This document shows, piece by piece, positions 36,967 through 50,000 of a stretch of DNA of 64,000 nucleotides. The stretch's first letter is position 1, and each line of letters begins with the position of its first letter. The translations under genes and the position numbers were made by a program. The notes beneath the pieces were generated by a model. The model saw nothing but the letters and a program-made list of their open reading frames with translations. It searched no databases and had not been told where the DNA came from. This DNA comes from Amphiscolops sp. MND2022 (Eukaryota): assembly GCA_964187785.1 (NCBI GenBank), contig OZ076413.1, forward strand, positions 74,214,001-74,278,000, written 5' to 3'.

Positions 36967-39900
36967 TTATTCGGGAAGGGGAAGGACGGGAGCGAGTCTG
37001 ATCACTGGGCGTACAAGGTTACCAGATGCTGTTCTGACTTCAGCGGACCTGGCGACGGCGTCTGTACCGAAGTTAAGCTTTACGACACGAGCTAGTGAAT
37101 AGTGCCCTCTAGGTGAGGTCGGTTCAACAATCCACACGAGATCTCCGGTCTTAAGATCTCTGTTTGAGTGCGATGACCACTTCGAACGGCGGTTTAGAGT
37201 GGGGACGTATTCTCTTAACCACCTGTACCATATTGTATCGGAATAAGCTTGCGCTCGAGCGTAACGCTTGCGATGGTCGATGTCTGCTTGCTGATGCGAA
37301 GGCAGTACTGAGCCTGAAGTTCCATGTAGAAAATGATTTGGAGTTAAGGCGTCCAAATCGGTTGCATCTGCACTAGCAGGTACTAACGGTCGTGCATTCA
37401 AACTTTGTTCTACGAGACAGAACGTAGTTGCAAGGATTTTGTCTGTTAGACGTCTATTTCCGATGACAGCGTAGAACACGTGCTTGAAACTACGTACTAA
37501 ACGTTCCCATACACCTCCATGGTGCGGAGCACTGGGTGGGTTAAACTTCCACTGGATTCCTTTCTTGACAAGTAATTCAGTGAGGACTTGTTGATTCCAG
37601 TTTCTGACGTTCTGTAACAGTTCTTTGTCACTTGCAACAAAGTTAGTGCCGTTGTCGGACCAGAGAACTGACGGAGTGCCTCGTCGGGCAGCAAATCGTT
37701 CAATTCCCATGACACAACTACTGGTGTCCATTGATGGTACAACTTCAAAATGGGCGGCCCGAGTAGTTAGGCAAGTGAAAAGGAATCCCCAGCGTTTCTC
37801 AGTAGAACGTTTCACGGACACGTAGAAGGGACCAAAGTAGTCGATTCCTCTGTTGCGGAATGGAGGTTCTCTGTATGCAAGTCTTTACCGGGGAAGATCG
37901 GACATCATGGGATCTAACGTCTCAGCCTTGCGCTTACGACAGGTGATGCACCTGGATACAATTGATCTCAAGGTTGGTCTCAATTTGACGATTGCGTATT
38001 GTTGCTGGATCAAAGCCCTCAGGTATTCAACACCCTGGTGGCATTGATTGATATGAAAATTCTCCAGAAACAACCGAACTAAGGGATGACGGCTATCTAG
38101 TAGATTTGGGAGTTTCATGTCGAATGAAGCAACATCCAGCTGTTTTGTGCGACCAGAAGCTCGCAGTAAACCATTAGGTCCAATGAAAGGGGAAAATTCA
38201 ACAATTTTAGAAGACTTTCTGAGGGGGAGTGACTTCAACAAGCATTTCTTTTCAGTGTTAAAGGACTCGAGATGTACCAAATGGAACAATCTCTTTTGGG
38301 CATTGTCGAGTTCAGTTGGATCTGTAATCAATCCATTGTCGGTGCGCTTTGATTCGTTCTTTGGGAGGAGTCTCAACATGTAAGCCACAATGCGCAGAAC
38401 TTCTCGTACGAACTGTACTTCTCCCATATGGAAGTTGTTGTAATTTCGGTTACTGTTGCGGTGATTGTAGTACACTGATGTTCTTTGGTTTCGTTAACTT
38501 TAGTGGAATGAGCGCCTTTGTTAAGCTTCATTTTCTGACGAAATTCTTCTGGGGGTTTGAACGGGAAGTCGGATGTTTTTAGAAAGTCCGGTCCTGTCAG
38601 CCAACAACTGTTCAAAAGATCAGTTGCAGACATTCCACGTGTGCCCGCATGAGCCGGATTGTGAGCTGTAGGGACATAGTGCCACTCATCAACAGTTGTT
38701 AAGTCTAGAATCTCGCATACTCGGTTCGCCACAAATGTGGGTTGCGTTTCCAAAGAAGTTAACCACTTAAGCACAGTTGAACTATCGCTCCACATGAAAG
38801 TTCTGTCTAGCTTCAAAAACAGTGCACTGAGGACCTCGGCGCGAAGTCGTGCTGCCAGTAATGCGGCTTGTAGCTCCAACTTTGGAACAGTTAGTGCCTT
38901 CATAGGAGCCACTCTTGCTTTTCCAAAGACGAAAGCTAGATGCGTAAAAACACCGTGGTCGTTCATTAGTTTTCCTCGCAAGAAAGCGACTGCGCTGAAA
39001 GCATCTTGTGAGCTATCACCAAACACGTGTAGCTCAATTGTCTCAACAGTTTGACAGAAGTAACTTCTTGGTATGGTAATTTCATTCAAAGTTGACAACT
39101 CTCTGCTCCATTCCAAGGATTTTGTTAGAATTTCGTCTGGCAAGTTTTCGTCCCACTGCTGGCCACTGAGCCTCCAAATGTCTTTCAAAAGCAGGCGCGC
39201 TTTGATGGTGAACGGCGCGACGAGACCAATTGGGTCGTATACAGCGGATACCAAACTCAGAACAACCCTTTGAGTGACATTTCGGTCGGTGTTTGGACTT
39301 GTTCCTCTGCTAACAACTAGGGTGTCTGTTGAGTGATTCCATTTCATTCCAAGAACGTGCGAGAATTTCTCCGCAGTCGGAATCTCTTTCTCTTCCGTGA
39401 TTCTGGTGTCGCTGTTCGGATCTACTTCGATGGGGATGCTTGGTACATTAGACAAGAACTTCGTCAGTTTAAACCCTCCCAAAGCAAGCATTTTAACAAG
39501 ATCCTTCGCTTTGTTTGAGACTTCGATAGCTGTTGGACTTGTTTCGAGGTAATCGTCCATATAAAAGTTGTTGTGGACGCTTCGTGCTGCATCTGGAAAG
39601 TTGGCTTGGTTATCTGTGGCAGTTCGTTTCAATGCGTAGTTAGCGCAAGTTGGCGAATCTTTGGAGCCGAAAATATGCCGAACATACTCGAAAACAGCAA
39701 CTTCAGCTGCTGGGTGCTTCCGCCACAAAAATCGAAGTGATGGTCTGTCACGTGGGATAACTCCAACTTGGAGAAACATTCCTTCGATGTCTGCAGATAC
39801 AGCAAAAGGATATTGACGGAAACGGAAAAGAATGTGGATTAGGCTCTGTAGCAAATCTGGTCCTGCTAGAAGAGCACTGTTCAAGGACTGACCATGAAAC

Positions 39901-42900
39901 TTTGCGGCGCCATTAAGAACCCTACGGACTTTGCCAGGCTTGTGAGGATGCACGACCGGATGGTGCGGTAAATACCATTCCCGGGGCTGGTCTACTTTAA
40001 AACAATCGGTTTTGTCCACTTGAACAATATAGCCTTTCGAGAAATTGTCGCTAATTATTTTCGTATAACTGGCTTTCAAATCAGCATCTTTTTGAAGCCG
40101 GCGCTCTAGCGATTTCAGTTAAATAAGTGCAGAAAAATAATTGTTCGGTAAACAACTTTCGTCGTCGGCCCACAATTTACCCACTTGGTATCGGGGCCCA
40201 TCGTGGTATGTTGTTTCATCAAGTATCTTTGTCGCTCTCGCGTCGGTTGCAGAACGGGAATTCACTTGTTTGTACGCGCCGTACGACTCAATGTCGTACC
40301 AGCTTCGGAGTCGGTCAGAGAGTGTACAATCGTGCTCTTTCTGAGTAACAGCTTTGAAGCATGTCGAAAATAGACCCGTGGTCGACGGAAGGGGTCCACT
40401 CAGTACCCAGCCCAACGGTGAACGGACGGCAACTGGGGTATTTCGGCGGTCGGATGCGAAATACTCCAGTGGGCGGATAGCGTGGAAAACGTCCTGACCA
40501 AGAATCATTTTCACATCTGTGTAGCTGTACTTTCTAAGAGCGATTGGTTCTAAGTGTGGATAGCGAGTCTTCAAATCATCTACGTCAATCACATCATTTC
40601 CAATAGTCAATTGATCTCGCACATAAGGTTTGACAGTAAAGGAGGAGCAAGAGCCACTCGAATGAACCGGTGTCAACTTGAGCTCGACCATTTGAGTGTC
40701 AACAACCTTATTGGAGTTAATTCCGTGTACAGTCAGCTTGGTCGGCGTGTCGCGCACGTCAAGTTTGTCAGCCAGCTCGGAGGAAATCCAAGAATGGCTA
40801 CACGCTGAGTCGCACAAAACTAAGACTTTTGCAGATTTCTCAGAAGTTTGCACTTCCACTTCCGTTATTTGTAATAATCCTTTCACATCAGAGATGCAAG
40901 GGAGGCATGAGGTGACTTCGTCTTTCTTTTGGATCGCTGTCGTTACGCTACAAGTAGTTGCTTCACCATTGCCCGCTTTTTTTCTCGGGAAAATCTTCTC
41001 TGCACTATGTAGCAAAGTGTTTACGTACTTCCACAGCTATCTTTGGTGCATTTGCGTGGCTGTGGGCAATTGCGGAAGGAGTGTTGTCCATTAAAGCATG
41101 AGAAACAAAGTTTGTTCTCGGCCACAACTTTCGCTCGTTCAGTTGGAGTCTTCTTTCTGAACACTTGACATCGCCACAACGGATGCTTATCTTTACAAAC
41201 TACACAAGTGACTTGGAATTTCTGGGTTGACGGCTTGGTTGCGATGGTATTTTTAGTGGAAGTTGTTGTTGCAGCGAACACTTTAGAATTGGTCTTGGTT
41301 TTCGTTACGTTTCCGGTTGGAGTTTCTTCAACTTTAGGTTTTCCAGTGGCAGGATTTAATCCTCTCGTGTGCTTCAGCTTTGTCTTTCAGCCAATCATTG
41401 AAGTCAATCAGAGTCGGTCGGCTCAAATCTCGCTTCACCGTATGCATTGACCACCCTTCTTTCAAGTTCGGGGGAAGCTTTTGAACCGCTTGACCGAGCA
41501 GTGAAGCACTCGAAAGATCTTGAACGTTGGGGCAAAGTAAACGAACTTGCAGGTACAAAGGAAGGGGCAGTAACACTGGGAAACGTTGTTGAAGTTTGAG
41601 GTACACTACAACTTGCTGTCGATGTCACCATGGCTGTCGGTTGCACGTAGAAAACGGTTCCTCCACTTGATACTGGGAAAACGGGTGCTGTAGATAATGC
41701 ACTAATGTTGGCTGGAGTGGTTGTCGGTAAGGTTGCAGTGGGAAGTGGCACCACAGAGGTGACCGTCGAATGTTGTGCAGTTTTTACGACCGGAAAACTC
41801 CAGGCTGACAAGTTAGGTAAAACGTGGTTCATCGGCAGTGTGACTATGGGATTGGGTCGAGGTTGAGCTATTGTTGGAGCTGAAGTGATACTCGTTGAAG
41901 AACAAGGATGTTGCAAAGTGCTAGCATTGTTCAAAAACAAACCCTTAGCAGCGGAGTTAGTAGCGGTTAAACTAGTTTGACCGGGGAAACGCGGAAGTTG
42001 GCCAGGTAAACCAGCAAACGTGTTGGTGGGGTGGTTCAAAGACTCAGTTGTGGCAAGCGACAGTGGAACCGTACCTGTGGTGTTTTCCGTTCGGGGCGGA
42101 ACACTATTTTGCACCGTAACAAATGTAGGCGCTGATAAAGTAGCGTTTTCATTTGATGGAGATGCAGCTAAGGGCAATGGCTGCGTACCAACGGTCTGTT
42201 CCTGATTCGATTCAACAACGAGTGCATCAGGGGTACGTTGATTGGTAGCAGATATCAAAGTGGGAGAATTATTAACCCAGTTGTTAACTCGGGTTGACTG
42301 ATGTTCGTGGCTCTCCTCACTCAACAGTGATAGCGTCTCCTGGAATTCTTCATTTGTCGCCGACAGATCATCTTGAAGTTCTAATTCAATCAGTGTTGCC
42401 TCAGCCAGTTTTTTGCGATTCTCTTCCTGCACCTCGGCGACTCCAAGGGCAAGTTCTTCCTTGAGACGCTCTTGTTCTTGCTGCATTCGTTTGATTTCAA
42501 GATCTTGCTTTTGCTGAGTCAGTCGGAGTGCAGCTTCATTTTGCTTCACAATTTCTTCACGCCTGTGTTTTGCAAGGAGTAGCTCTTTCTGCCGTTGACT
42601 TGACGTCTTTGATCGAAGAGAGCTTGAAACTTTACTGGACTTTGTCTTGTTTGTAGATGGAACTATTGAAGTTTGCGAAGCGTTGTCGGTTTGCAGACAT
42701 TTCTCCAGTTAATTGCGAGCTTTCGTCAGTATTTCATCGTTTCTGGCAGCAACGTCGTTTAACCACTTTTCCAAGTCTGGCTTCACTGACTCTGGGTTGG
42801 TTGATTTGTTGGCTTAGTCTAGGAGTTGTTCATTTTTTGCAAAGGCTTTAGTCATAGCTTCCTCACACGAGGTGACTAATCGATCAACGCGAACACGTCG

Positions 42901-43014
42901 TTCGGCATTTCCAATGGCGTCATTGAGCTTTTGCTGGATCTTGTTGAGCTCCGCTTCGGCTTTAGTGCGGCTATCATGCAACTTGGCGACTTTCTCTTGC
43001 ATCCTATCAGCCAT
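36967..43014 (-). pseudogene. Pao-2 gag-pol polyprotein, fragmented, with a gag deletion at ~41520
   Basis: MADRMQEKVAKLHDSR start; CVVCKDKH and CFSCFNGQH knuckles; LCDSACSHSWI; FYMDD; LHVFGDSS; integrase WSDNGTNF. Confidence 0.93.
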
Positions 43015-43428
43015 TGAATGTTTTCTTTTGCCTTTTTTTGATCAATATAGTGTGTTATTGGGACAGGGATTGTATCGTTCTCAGCGCTAAATTATATTCG
43101 AAACAGTAGAATCAATTTCAGAACATCAACCAGACAACTAAGTCTGGACACAGTTCTGAAAATCAACTATGCTGTTATCAATTATTGAAAATTCGACAGT
43201 AACAATAAAAAAAACACTGACACCAATTGTTTTAGAGGATGTTGCGGTTGGAAGACGGTTAAATTGTTTGTTTTGGGTTAAAAGTAGGCCCTAAGGAACT
43301 ACGAGGGCGGTACAAGACGGGAGTAGCGCATAACACGCAACGACGGTAGTAAAAAAGTTGTTTTGAACGTCAACCGGACAGTCAAGTCCTGACGCAGTCC
43401 AAAACTATGGAAAAAAGTTGTTGCGACT

Positions 43429-44088
43429 TCAACCTGACAATGAAGTCTGGACACTGTCACAACAACAAGGCGTTTCGGAGGAAGAAATTTCACTCTGATT
43501 TGAAGCAGCGCTCTTCAAAGCTTTACGGGCACGTTTACTTGGTCGCTTAGGGCGACTTTTGGCTGTAATCTGGGCTAGATCGGTTTCTTTTCAGAGAATG
43601 ATGTCAAATTATTTAAGTTCAAACTCAGGTCTCTGGTGTATTGCTTTCAATTCATTCAAAATTTGCGGGTCATGTTGTTTTCGTGTGGAAAAGAAATCGG
43701 TTTCAATTCTGAAAACAGGAACGTTTTGCGTTTTTAGAACATCAGAAATGTCGGGCGTTCGAATTCGGTGGCAATACACAAGAGCCCGGAGTTTGTTTTC
43801 TAGAGATTTCAAGATTTCTAGCAACTCAGAAACAGACAGTGCTCGAAAATAGTTGCTTTAATGCTTTGACAAGCTATTATTCAGCACATCATGCCAGATA
43901 GCAATCTCAGTTTTTTTAGCGAATTCTTTTTGTAACAAATTTTGAACGACTTTTTGTGGGTTTTTCGCGTGATTATTCAAACTAAGGCCCGGTATCGTGT
44001 AAATTTTTTCGTTGGAGGCTTTTCTTTTTTCGGGGGTTAATATATCAAGAGCATGATGCAACGAGCTCGCACCCAAAATAAACACCAT
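43429..44088 (-). pseudogene. Pao-2 ORF0: ~220-codon SGNH-like protein with basic tail; in-frame stops
   Basis: ILGASSLHHA, TIPGLSL, IWHDVLNNS, AIHQRPEFELK, SRPKRPSKRARKALK. Same frame throughout. Confidence 0.7.
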
Positions 44089-44425
44089 TACATTTTAAAA
44101 TATAGTAATTTCTTTTTACACAGCGCAAAAGGTAAAAATTTCGCTCAGAAGGAAGTTTTTTTAGGCTCGAATCAACTTCTAACAATGATGAGAACGTTAG
44201 GTTATATTACCGAATTTTCACAAAGGCCTTGCTATGAATGAAGCACCAAATCGATAGTTTTGAAAAGACTTTTTTTCCAAGCTCAGTTTTAAAAATACCA
44301 GTTAGTTGTAGTAGTCGGGTTCGAGGGTCACTCATTCTGAATTGAGATCAATGTTCTTCCCTTTCTGGGATCAAGTGAGGGTTCACCTTTGGGATGCCGA
44401 GGATTTCCTCTGTCCGGGTTCCCTC

Positions 44426-44520
44426 GTCGTCTGGGTTTTGATGAGTCCCAGTCGTCTAGGGTTTTGATGAGTCCCAGTCGTCTAGGGTTCTGATGAGTCC
44501 CAGTCGTCTAGGGTTCTGGA
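44426..44520. repeat. 26-bp tandem repeat, ~3.7 copies (GTCGTCTAGGGTTYTGATGAGTCCCA)
   Basis: Seen directly. It repeats the RLGLI codons at the end of the GALNT fragment. Confidence 0.9.
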
Positions 44521-44950
44521 CCAGTTTCACCAGAGGAAATTGAAATTCGATTGCTTTTGGCAAAGTCTCCTCTATGGCAGCAATATCACTACAGTCGTCC
44601 ACCAAAATTATTTTTTTGACGAATTTGAGTGGACTTCTGTTGAGAATACTGACAACGGCTCTGAGAATTTCCGACGGAGCTTCGTCGAAGATTATGATGA
44701 CAATTGAAGTCGAGGGCAGGTCCTCGTCGTACTTGAGCTTCAAACAATCCGGGTGTCTCTTGTCGCCGATACTTCTGTCCAGGGGGATACGCTCACTGGC
44801 CAGTATGTCGAAATTGTTTTCCTTCAACCTCTTCGTGGATATTTCTACATCCTCCCCCGAGTGTCTGACTCCGGAACCATTTTGACCTGGGCTGTTTTCC
44901 AGACCCACCAAGGTTAAGTTGAAGAAGGGATCTTTCTTGCCTTTCTTTCA
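44480..44950 (-). pseudogene. GALNT: Captured fragment of a polypeptide N-acetylgalactosaminyltransferase (stem plus N-terminal GT-A region)
   Basis: PGQNG...ENNFDILASERIPLDRSIGDKRHPDC...LPSTSIVIII.DEA...LRAVVSILNRSP...IILVDDCS...RLGLIR is the typical ppGalNAc-T N-terminal pattern. It ends before the DxH motif. Confidence 0.9.
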
Positions 44951-44964
44951 CTGGCTGGGAAAAA

Positions 44965-44982
44965 GCCTCTCAATGGCCACCA
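44965..44982 (-). promoter_or_regulatory. Pao-2 PBS (TGGTGGCCATTGAGAGGC), tRNA-Ile
   Basis: Directly after the 5' LTR. Complementary to ...GCCTCTC(T/A)ATGGCCACCA. Confidence 0.9.
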
Positions 44983-45304
44983 TGTAATTCTTTAGAGAAA
45001 CTAAAGCTTGTATTGTCAATCAAAAATAAAATAACAATGAAAGTTGAGGAAAATTATTATTATTAACCGCCAAGTCAAAACTTGATCACACAAACATTAA
45101 AAATGACTCATTTTATGATATGAATAGCAAGGCCATTTCTAGAGTATTTTAACCCAAATCGGAGAAATATTTCCAAAATATAAAATATTTTACATGTCCG
45201 GGAATCGAACCCACGCCGGTCAAATACCGGCCTTGTATTCTACCGCTAAGCCAACCTGTCTTATTATTTGTTTGTTTTAAATTAACGATATTGCTACCGC
45301 AACA
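44983..45304 (-). repeat. Pao-2 5' LTR
   Basis: Direct repeat of 36491-36812. Confidence 0.95.
45195..45262 (-). ncRNA. tRNA-like Pol III cassette in the Pao-2 5' LTR
   Basis: TGGCTTAGCGG fits the A-box consensus TRGCNNAGYGG; GGTTCGATTCC fits the B-box consensus GGTTCGANNCC. Confidence 0.7.
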
Positions 45305-46809
45305 ATATCTATCTCACTTGAACTTTCCCGAAGTGGTGTTTCAATTTTGAGAAGTTCGTTTGCCACATTGACTTCGTTTTGCGAATGTAATTAGACACGT
45401 GGCCACAGTCTGGGTTGGTAGATGTGTTGATAAAGTGATATGGCTGTAATGTTTTGGGAACATGGTTTGCTGGAGTTTTAGTAATTGCTGGAAACTTGGA
45501 ATACGTTATAGTAATTTATCGGTCGTTTTGGTATAGATAAGTTTTGACAAATCCTGGAATATCTGTTAGGATCTATAAAGATTTGTACAGATTTGCAGTG
45601 AAACGTTTTTAAAACTTCAATTGGGAGGCGTGTTTATTTTCTTGTTGAGCACTTTTTGTAGCAACTAATTTCAAGTTGGAAACTGTAATTATGACTTGGT
45701 AATTTTCTACGAATCCTGGAAAATTCATTAGGGAGTGCTCAACATGGGTTATGGAGATGTTGTGGTTTGAAGTTTGAGCACCAGATTTTTGGACGGATCC
45801 CGAATATTCATCCTCCATTCATAATTAACAAAGGAAAAATGAAAAAAAAAGCAAAATTACAAAATCAACCTACAAAACTACAAAAATCCACTCATTTACC
45901 AAAAAATCATCAAAATTAGATATCGGAAGTTTTTAAGTGGGTTAATGTTAAAATTGCTTTACATAACGTTACCAATTGCTTGTTATGAAAACAAAACGCC
46001 GAAATTATTACGTATACATCTACTAGTCAAAGTTCACTCTAAATTTTTCGTCATCCAAATTCTACATCCACTGTGTTTCTGAGTGATGCTTGTTTATTGC
46101 ATAATTCAGTGTTAACACTTGTTTTCGGCAAACCTATTCTCACTTCATCCTGATTTTGTCAAAATTACTCAACTGTTTTTGGAGGGAACAAAATGAAACT
46201 TGTTTCGAAACGGTAAAGACAGATTTCATTCAGAATTCTTTTTATATTAATTTAAATGGTTCAAAACATTACCGAAATACACAAACAAACAATTCCGTAA
46301 AACTTGATAAGAAACTTGATAGAGTTTTCAAGTTTTTTTGTTCCAGCAGTTCCGAAAACCAGTTATCACTGTTTATTTTCGTTTTCAGCAATGGGCTTCT
46401 CTCTTTCATGAAGAATACTTGACTGTATAATGGTTACAGTTTGTTCCCGAGAACAACACGCAATGATCTAAATTGTTACTTTGTTTTTTATATCCATGAT
46501 CGCGCTCTATCGTTGCTACAGAAACACCATTTTGACCCCATCTAACTTACCTCGAGCTTCGATGCTAAACCCACTTGCCAAGGACGCCTTCAAGACTACA
46601 AAAACTTCGCCTGTTGAGAAAAAATGATGGATTTATTCAACACCTCGGAACTTTTTCAGTAGATCTTTTTTTTTCTGTTTCTTCATTGAATCTTCAAAAG
46701 TTCTTGAGAAGTATTGAAAAATTAAACCATGTGCCTTTTTACCCTAGCGGCCGCGTTGAACTTTACCTCATATAAAATCATTGATGACGACAAATGTCTA
46801 TTTCGTGGT

Positions 46810-47045
46810 TTCAGAACAGAAAAACTATCTAGATTTACTCGACTGTTTTGAGTTTTCTGGCGACTAAACTATACATATCAAAACCTAGTAGGAAATGCTT
46901 TGATAGCACACTGTGAACATAAATACTAACTTTACCAATATATAGTCCAAGACATGATACATAAAAATCATTTGATATGAAACTGACCTGGTAATAACTA
47001 GAGTGAGTTTCGATTGACATATCTTCTGATTAGGTCCATGCGGTA
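46810..47045. repeat. Diverged paralog of a ~240-bp segment also present at ~52165-52405 and ~54500-54745
   Basis: Shared blocks: ATCTAGATTT, GCGACTAAACTAT, CACACTGTGAA, TTTGATATGAAACTGA, CGGTATGTACA. Confidence 0.75.
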
Positions 47046-47049
47046 TGTA

Positions 47050-50000
47050 CACCGTATATCATTCACCCATCTGCATTTTCTCCTTCCTACATGTTTGAAG
47101 TTCCCAGCGTCGGTGTCTTCTCCCGAATAAAGTCTGCCCGTCTCGGTAGCTTTTGCAGTTTTCCTTTTCGGCTGGCCTATTTTTCTCCTGTAACATTCAA
47201 ATGTATTATTTCAGAAGTTTCACGTATATGTAACGCCCCGTATCTACTCGGTTGTTTGCTTTCACGGTTAGACCGTCTGCTTTCTTTTCTTTTTAAGTTG
47301 ATAAATTTTTGTTTTATTTTCATCCTTAATTATCTCGCCGTCCGTATGTATCTTCAATTCGTCTTCGGGGCAAGTCGTGATGCCGGTAGCCGTCTCGTTT
47401 GTAGGTTTCATGATTCTCAAAATTACTGTCTTCGTCTTCAATTTCTCCCACCTCGCTGTCTGAGTCTGAATCTGCTAATGGACTAATTCGAGTTTTGCGT
47501 TAAGAACATCCCTTCGTCCCTCCCTAAGGATGTCGTTCCATTGGATTTACTTGCGTCGAACCCTCTCAGTCAATGGCGGTTTTTTGGTTGTGTTGTGTCG
47601 CCGATTTTTGGTGCTGTCGTTCTCTCTTTCAGAAATGGAATGGACACGAAATATCTTTTCGGTTGAATCTTTTACCGGTTTCAGTTACTACAGTGTGTTC
47701 TGTTGCGTTTATTGCAATTTGTATTTTTTCTGAAAGCTTTCTGCCAATGATGACTTATGATGATTCTTCTCAAAAAATTGAAAGAGTAGCTAACTGAATT
47801 TCATTTCTTTGGTATTTTTCAGTCATGGTTTTCTTTTCGGCTTTTGTCCGGACCATAATAGTGTGGTTTGATACCTCTCCCTCATTGTTGCTGGAAACAT
47901 AGATCGGTATCTTATTTCTCTTTTCCGCTGGAACAGAGAGTTCCGACTAGTTAGAGAGGATCGATTTTCCGTTTGATTATTTTGGTTAGTTCGGTTCTCG
48001 ATTTGCGACCGTGATGTAACTCGAACAGTGTAACTATTAGACCCGTGTGTATTTTGAATCGCATTTTGTTCAGTGCACTTTTTTCAACACTCTGTTAGAC
48101 ATAAATGATCTACCAGATTAGGGATGATCAAAGTTTTTATGGTATGTATTGTGCGTTCTACCGCTTCCCTTCCGGTGTGTAATCTCGTGTACTCTATTCT
48201 ACTTTGATATTCTTCAGAACTTTTCGCATTATTCGGAAGCAAATACCCCGCCATTACCGGTTTTTCTCCGGTAAACCGTATATATTACAGTTCTGTGTTA
48301 AGACTTTTAGCACTTTCTTTGTTTCCGATGATTCACAAATTTTTACGGTGGGCCATTTGCTAAATCTGTTAACGGCTATTGAACTTTGGGTCGCCGTTTA
48401 ATTTTTTATTGATAATTTTCATAGAGAAATCGATTTGAATGTTTTGTCCCGGTTCTGTTAGTGTTAATAATTTCCTGCATTCTTGTTCCGGTAAATGATT
48501 TTTCAATTTCTCACCCGATGCCACGCCACAGTTTATTGTTTTGGTTTCTTCCATATCCTTTGATATTTGATGTTGGCTTTCGCTATCATCTTCGTTATTC
48601 CGGCTTGATCGAAGTGCAGCGTCTGCATTAGATTTTCCTCAATTCTGTGGATACAATGGTCATCGGTAAACGTTAGGCCACAATTATTGGTTAGTTATTC
48701 GAATGCCGGTCGAAAAAATTCCGGGGCCGTCATCTCTCTTTGTCTCCTGGCATCTCTGACCCAATAAAGTTCGGGGTCTGTGGTAGGTTTCGCAATCATC
48801 AAGTCTTTCAGATCGAGCATAAATATGAATGGGGCTTTTTTGATTGTTTTTTTCTGACTTGTCTCCGTCGAATTTGTCGATCACTGGTTTCACCTGAATG
48901 AATTGGGCTGACTTCCTTTCGTTGTTGTAGGCTTTCAAGCTCGGATTACTTGGTTTTCACCTGCGCTTTCCGGTTCGTTTTCACCAATCGCCTCTGGATG
49001 TTGCTGCCCATCTCCTTCCTCTCTTCGTGTTTCTAAGGTGGTATCCATCAACAATTTTATTAGCTCAAGTTAGTAAGTCGCCATAGATTTCCGCTTTCTC
49101 CTGCCAGATTCTTTAGTACGGTCTTGAGGGGAACCAAAGTTGCTGCAATCAAATCAATCTTCCGACGCCTTGTTCCTGGTCGGGAGATTTCCTGTCTTCT
49201 CTCAACGTTTCCGTATTTTTTTGCGCCTGATCATTTCCACAATCTCGGTATTTGCTCTCCAGTAAAAGTAACCGCGATCTATTTCTCTCCTAAAAGGAGA
49301 TAGGTTTTGTGATTAACTACACTTTGATTTTAAGACTCGGTTTGAAAATTCCGTTTTACACTTTTTTCGGCGTTTGATCGATGTAATTTACACTGGTTCG
49401 CAAGTTTTGCGCACGTCTCCGTTATTCTCGAATGTTCTTTTGTGATTTGATTGGTTGTGTTAAACTTTCTTCCGGTAGTTTTTTCGTTTGCAGTGCTTTT
49501 TGTTATTGGTCAACGAAGTTTGGTCCGTTTTTGATGTCTAATACGGATTCTTCTGAAACGATGTTTCTTACGTGTTCTTTGTCGTATATGCGACCGCCGC
49601 GTTTTTTACCGGACTTTTATTCAGAAAGTTGGTAGACTCTAAATAGTTTTCTTCCATGTGTTGGAGGGCAATATCAAAGAGTGCGAGTCGGTCTAGCCAA
49701 TTAGTTAGCCTTGCGCTGTATTGTTTGTTGTAGCATCGGCTTCGTTCAATCAATGGATCAAGTGCTTGATGGTCTGTGTAAAGAACGACTGCTGTCCGTA
49801 TAGATGAAAGGGGAGTTTTTCTGGGCCCCATTGCGCTGCCAATAATTCCAATTCCAGGGACCATAGTGTTTTTGGCCAAAGTGTTAATCTGAGTACAGTT
49901 TTGCTTGTGTCTGTTGTTACAATGTTTTCTCAGTCCCCTGCATAATGAGCAAAACAAGGTTATTGATCAACATTTTTTTTCATGTTATTAAAATTGTCAT

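Larger units (their letters stand above)
36491..45304 (-). mobile_element. Pao-2: full-length Bel/Pao LTR retrotransposon (8.8 kb)
   Basis: 322-bp LTRs at 36491-36812 and 44983-45304 (about 10 differences by hand count). TSD ATATC at 36486-36490 and 45305-45309. PBS 44965-44982; PPT at 36813-36824. Confidence 0.96.

Noticed and set aside
46551-46610. Candidate 60-nt host exon on the minus strand (polypyrimidine-AG ... GTAAGT; GEVFVVLKASLASGFSIEAR)
   Set aside because: It is a single short exon with no partner exons or recognisable protein; chance cannot be excluded without RNA-seq.
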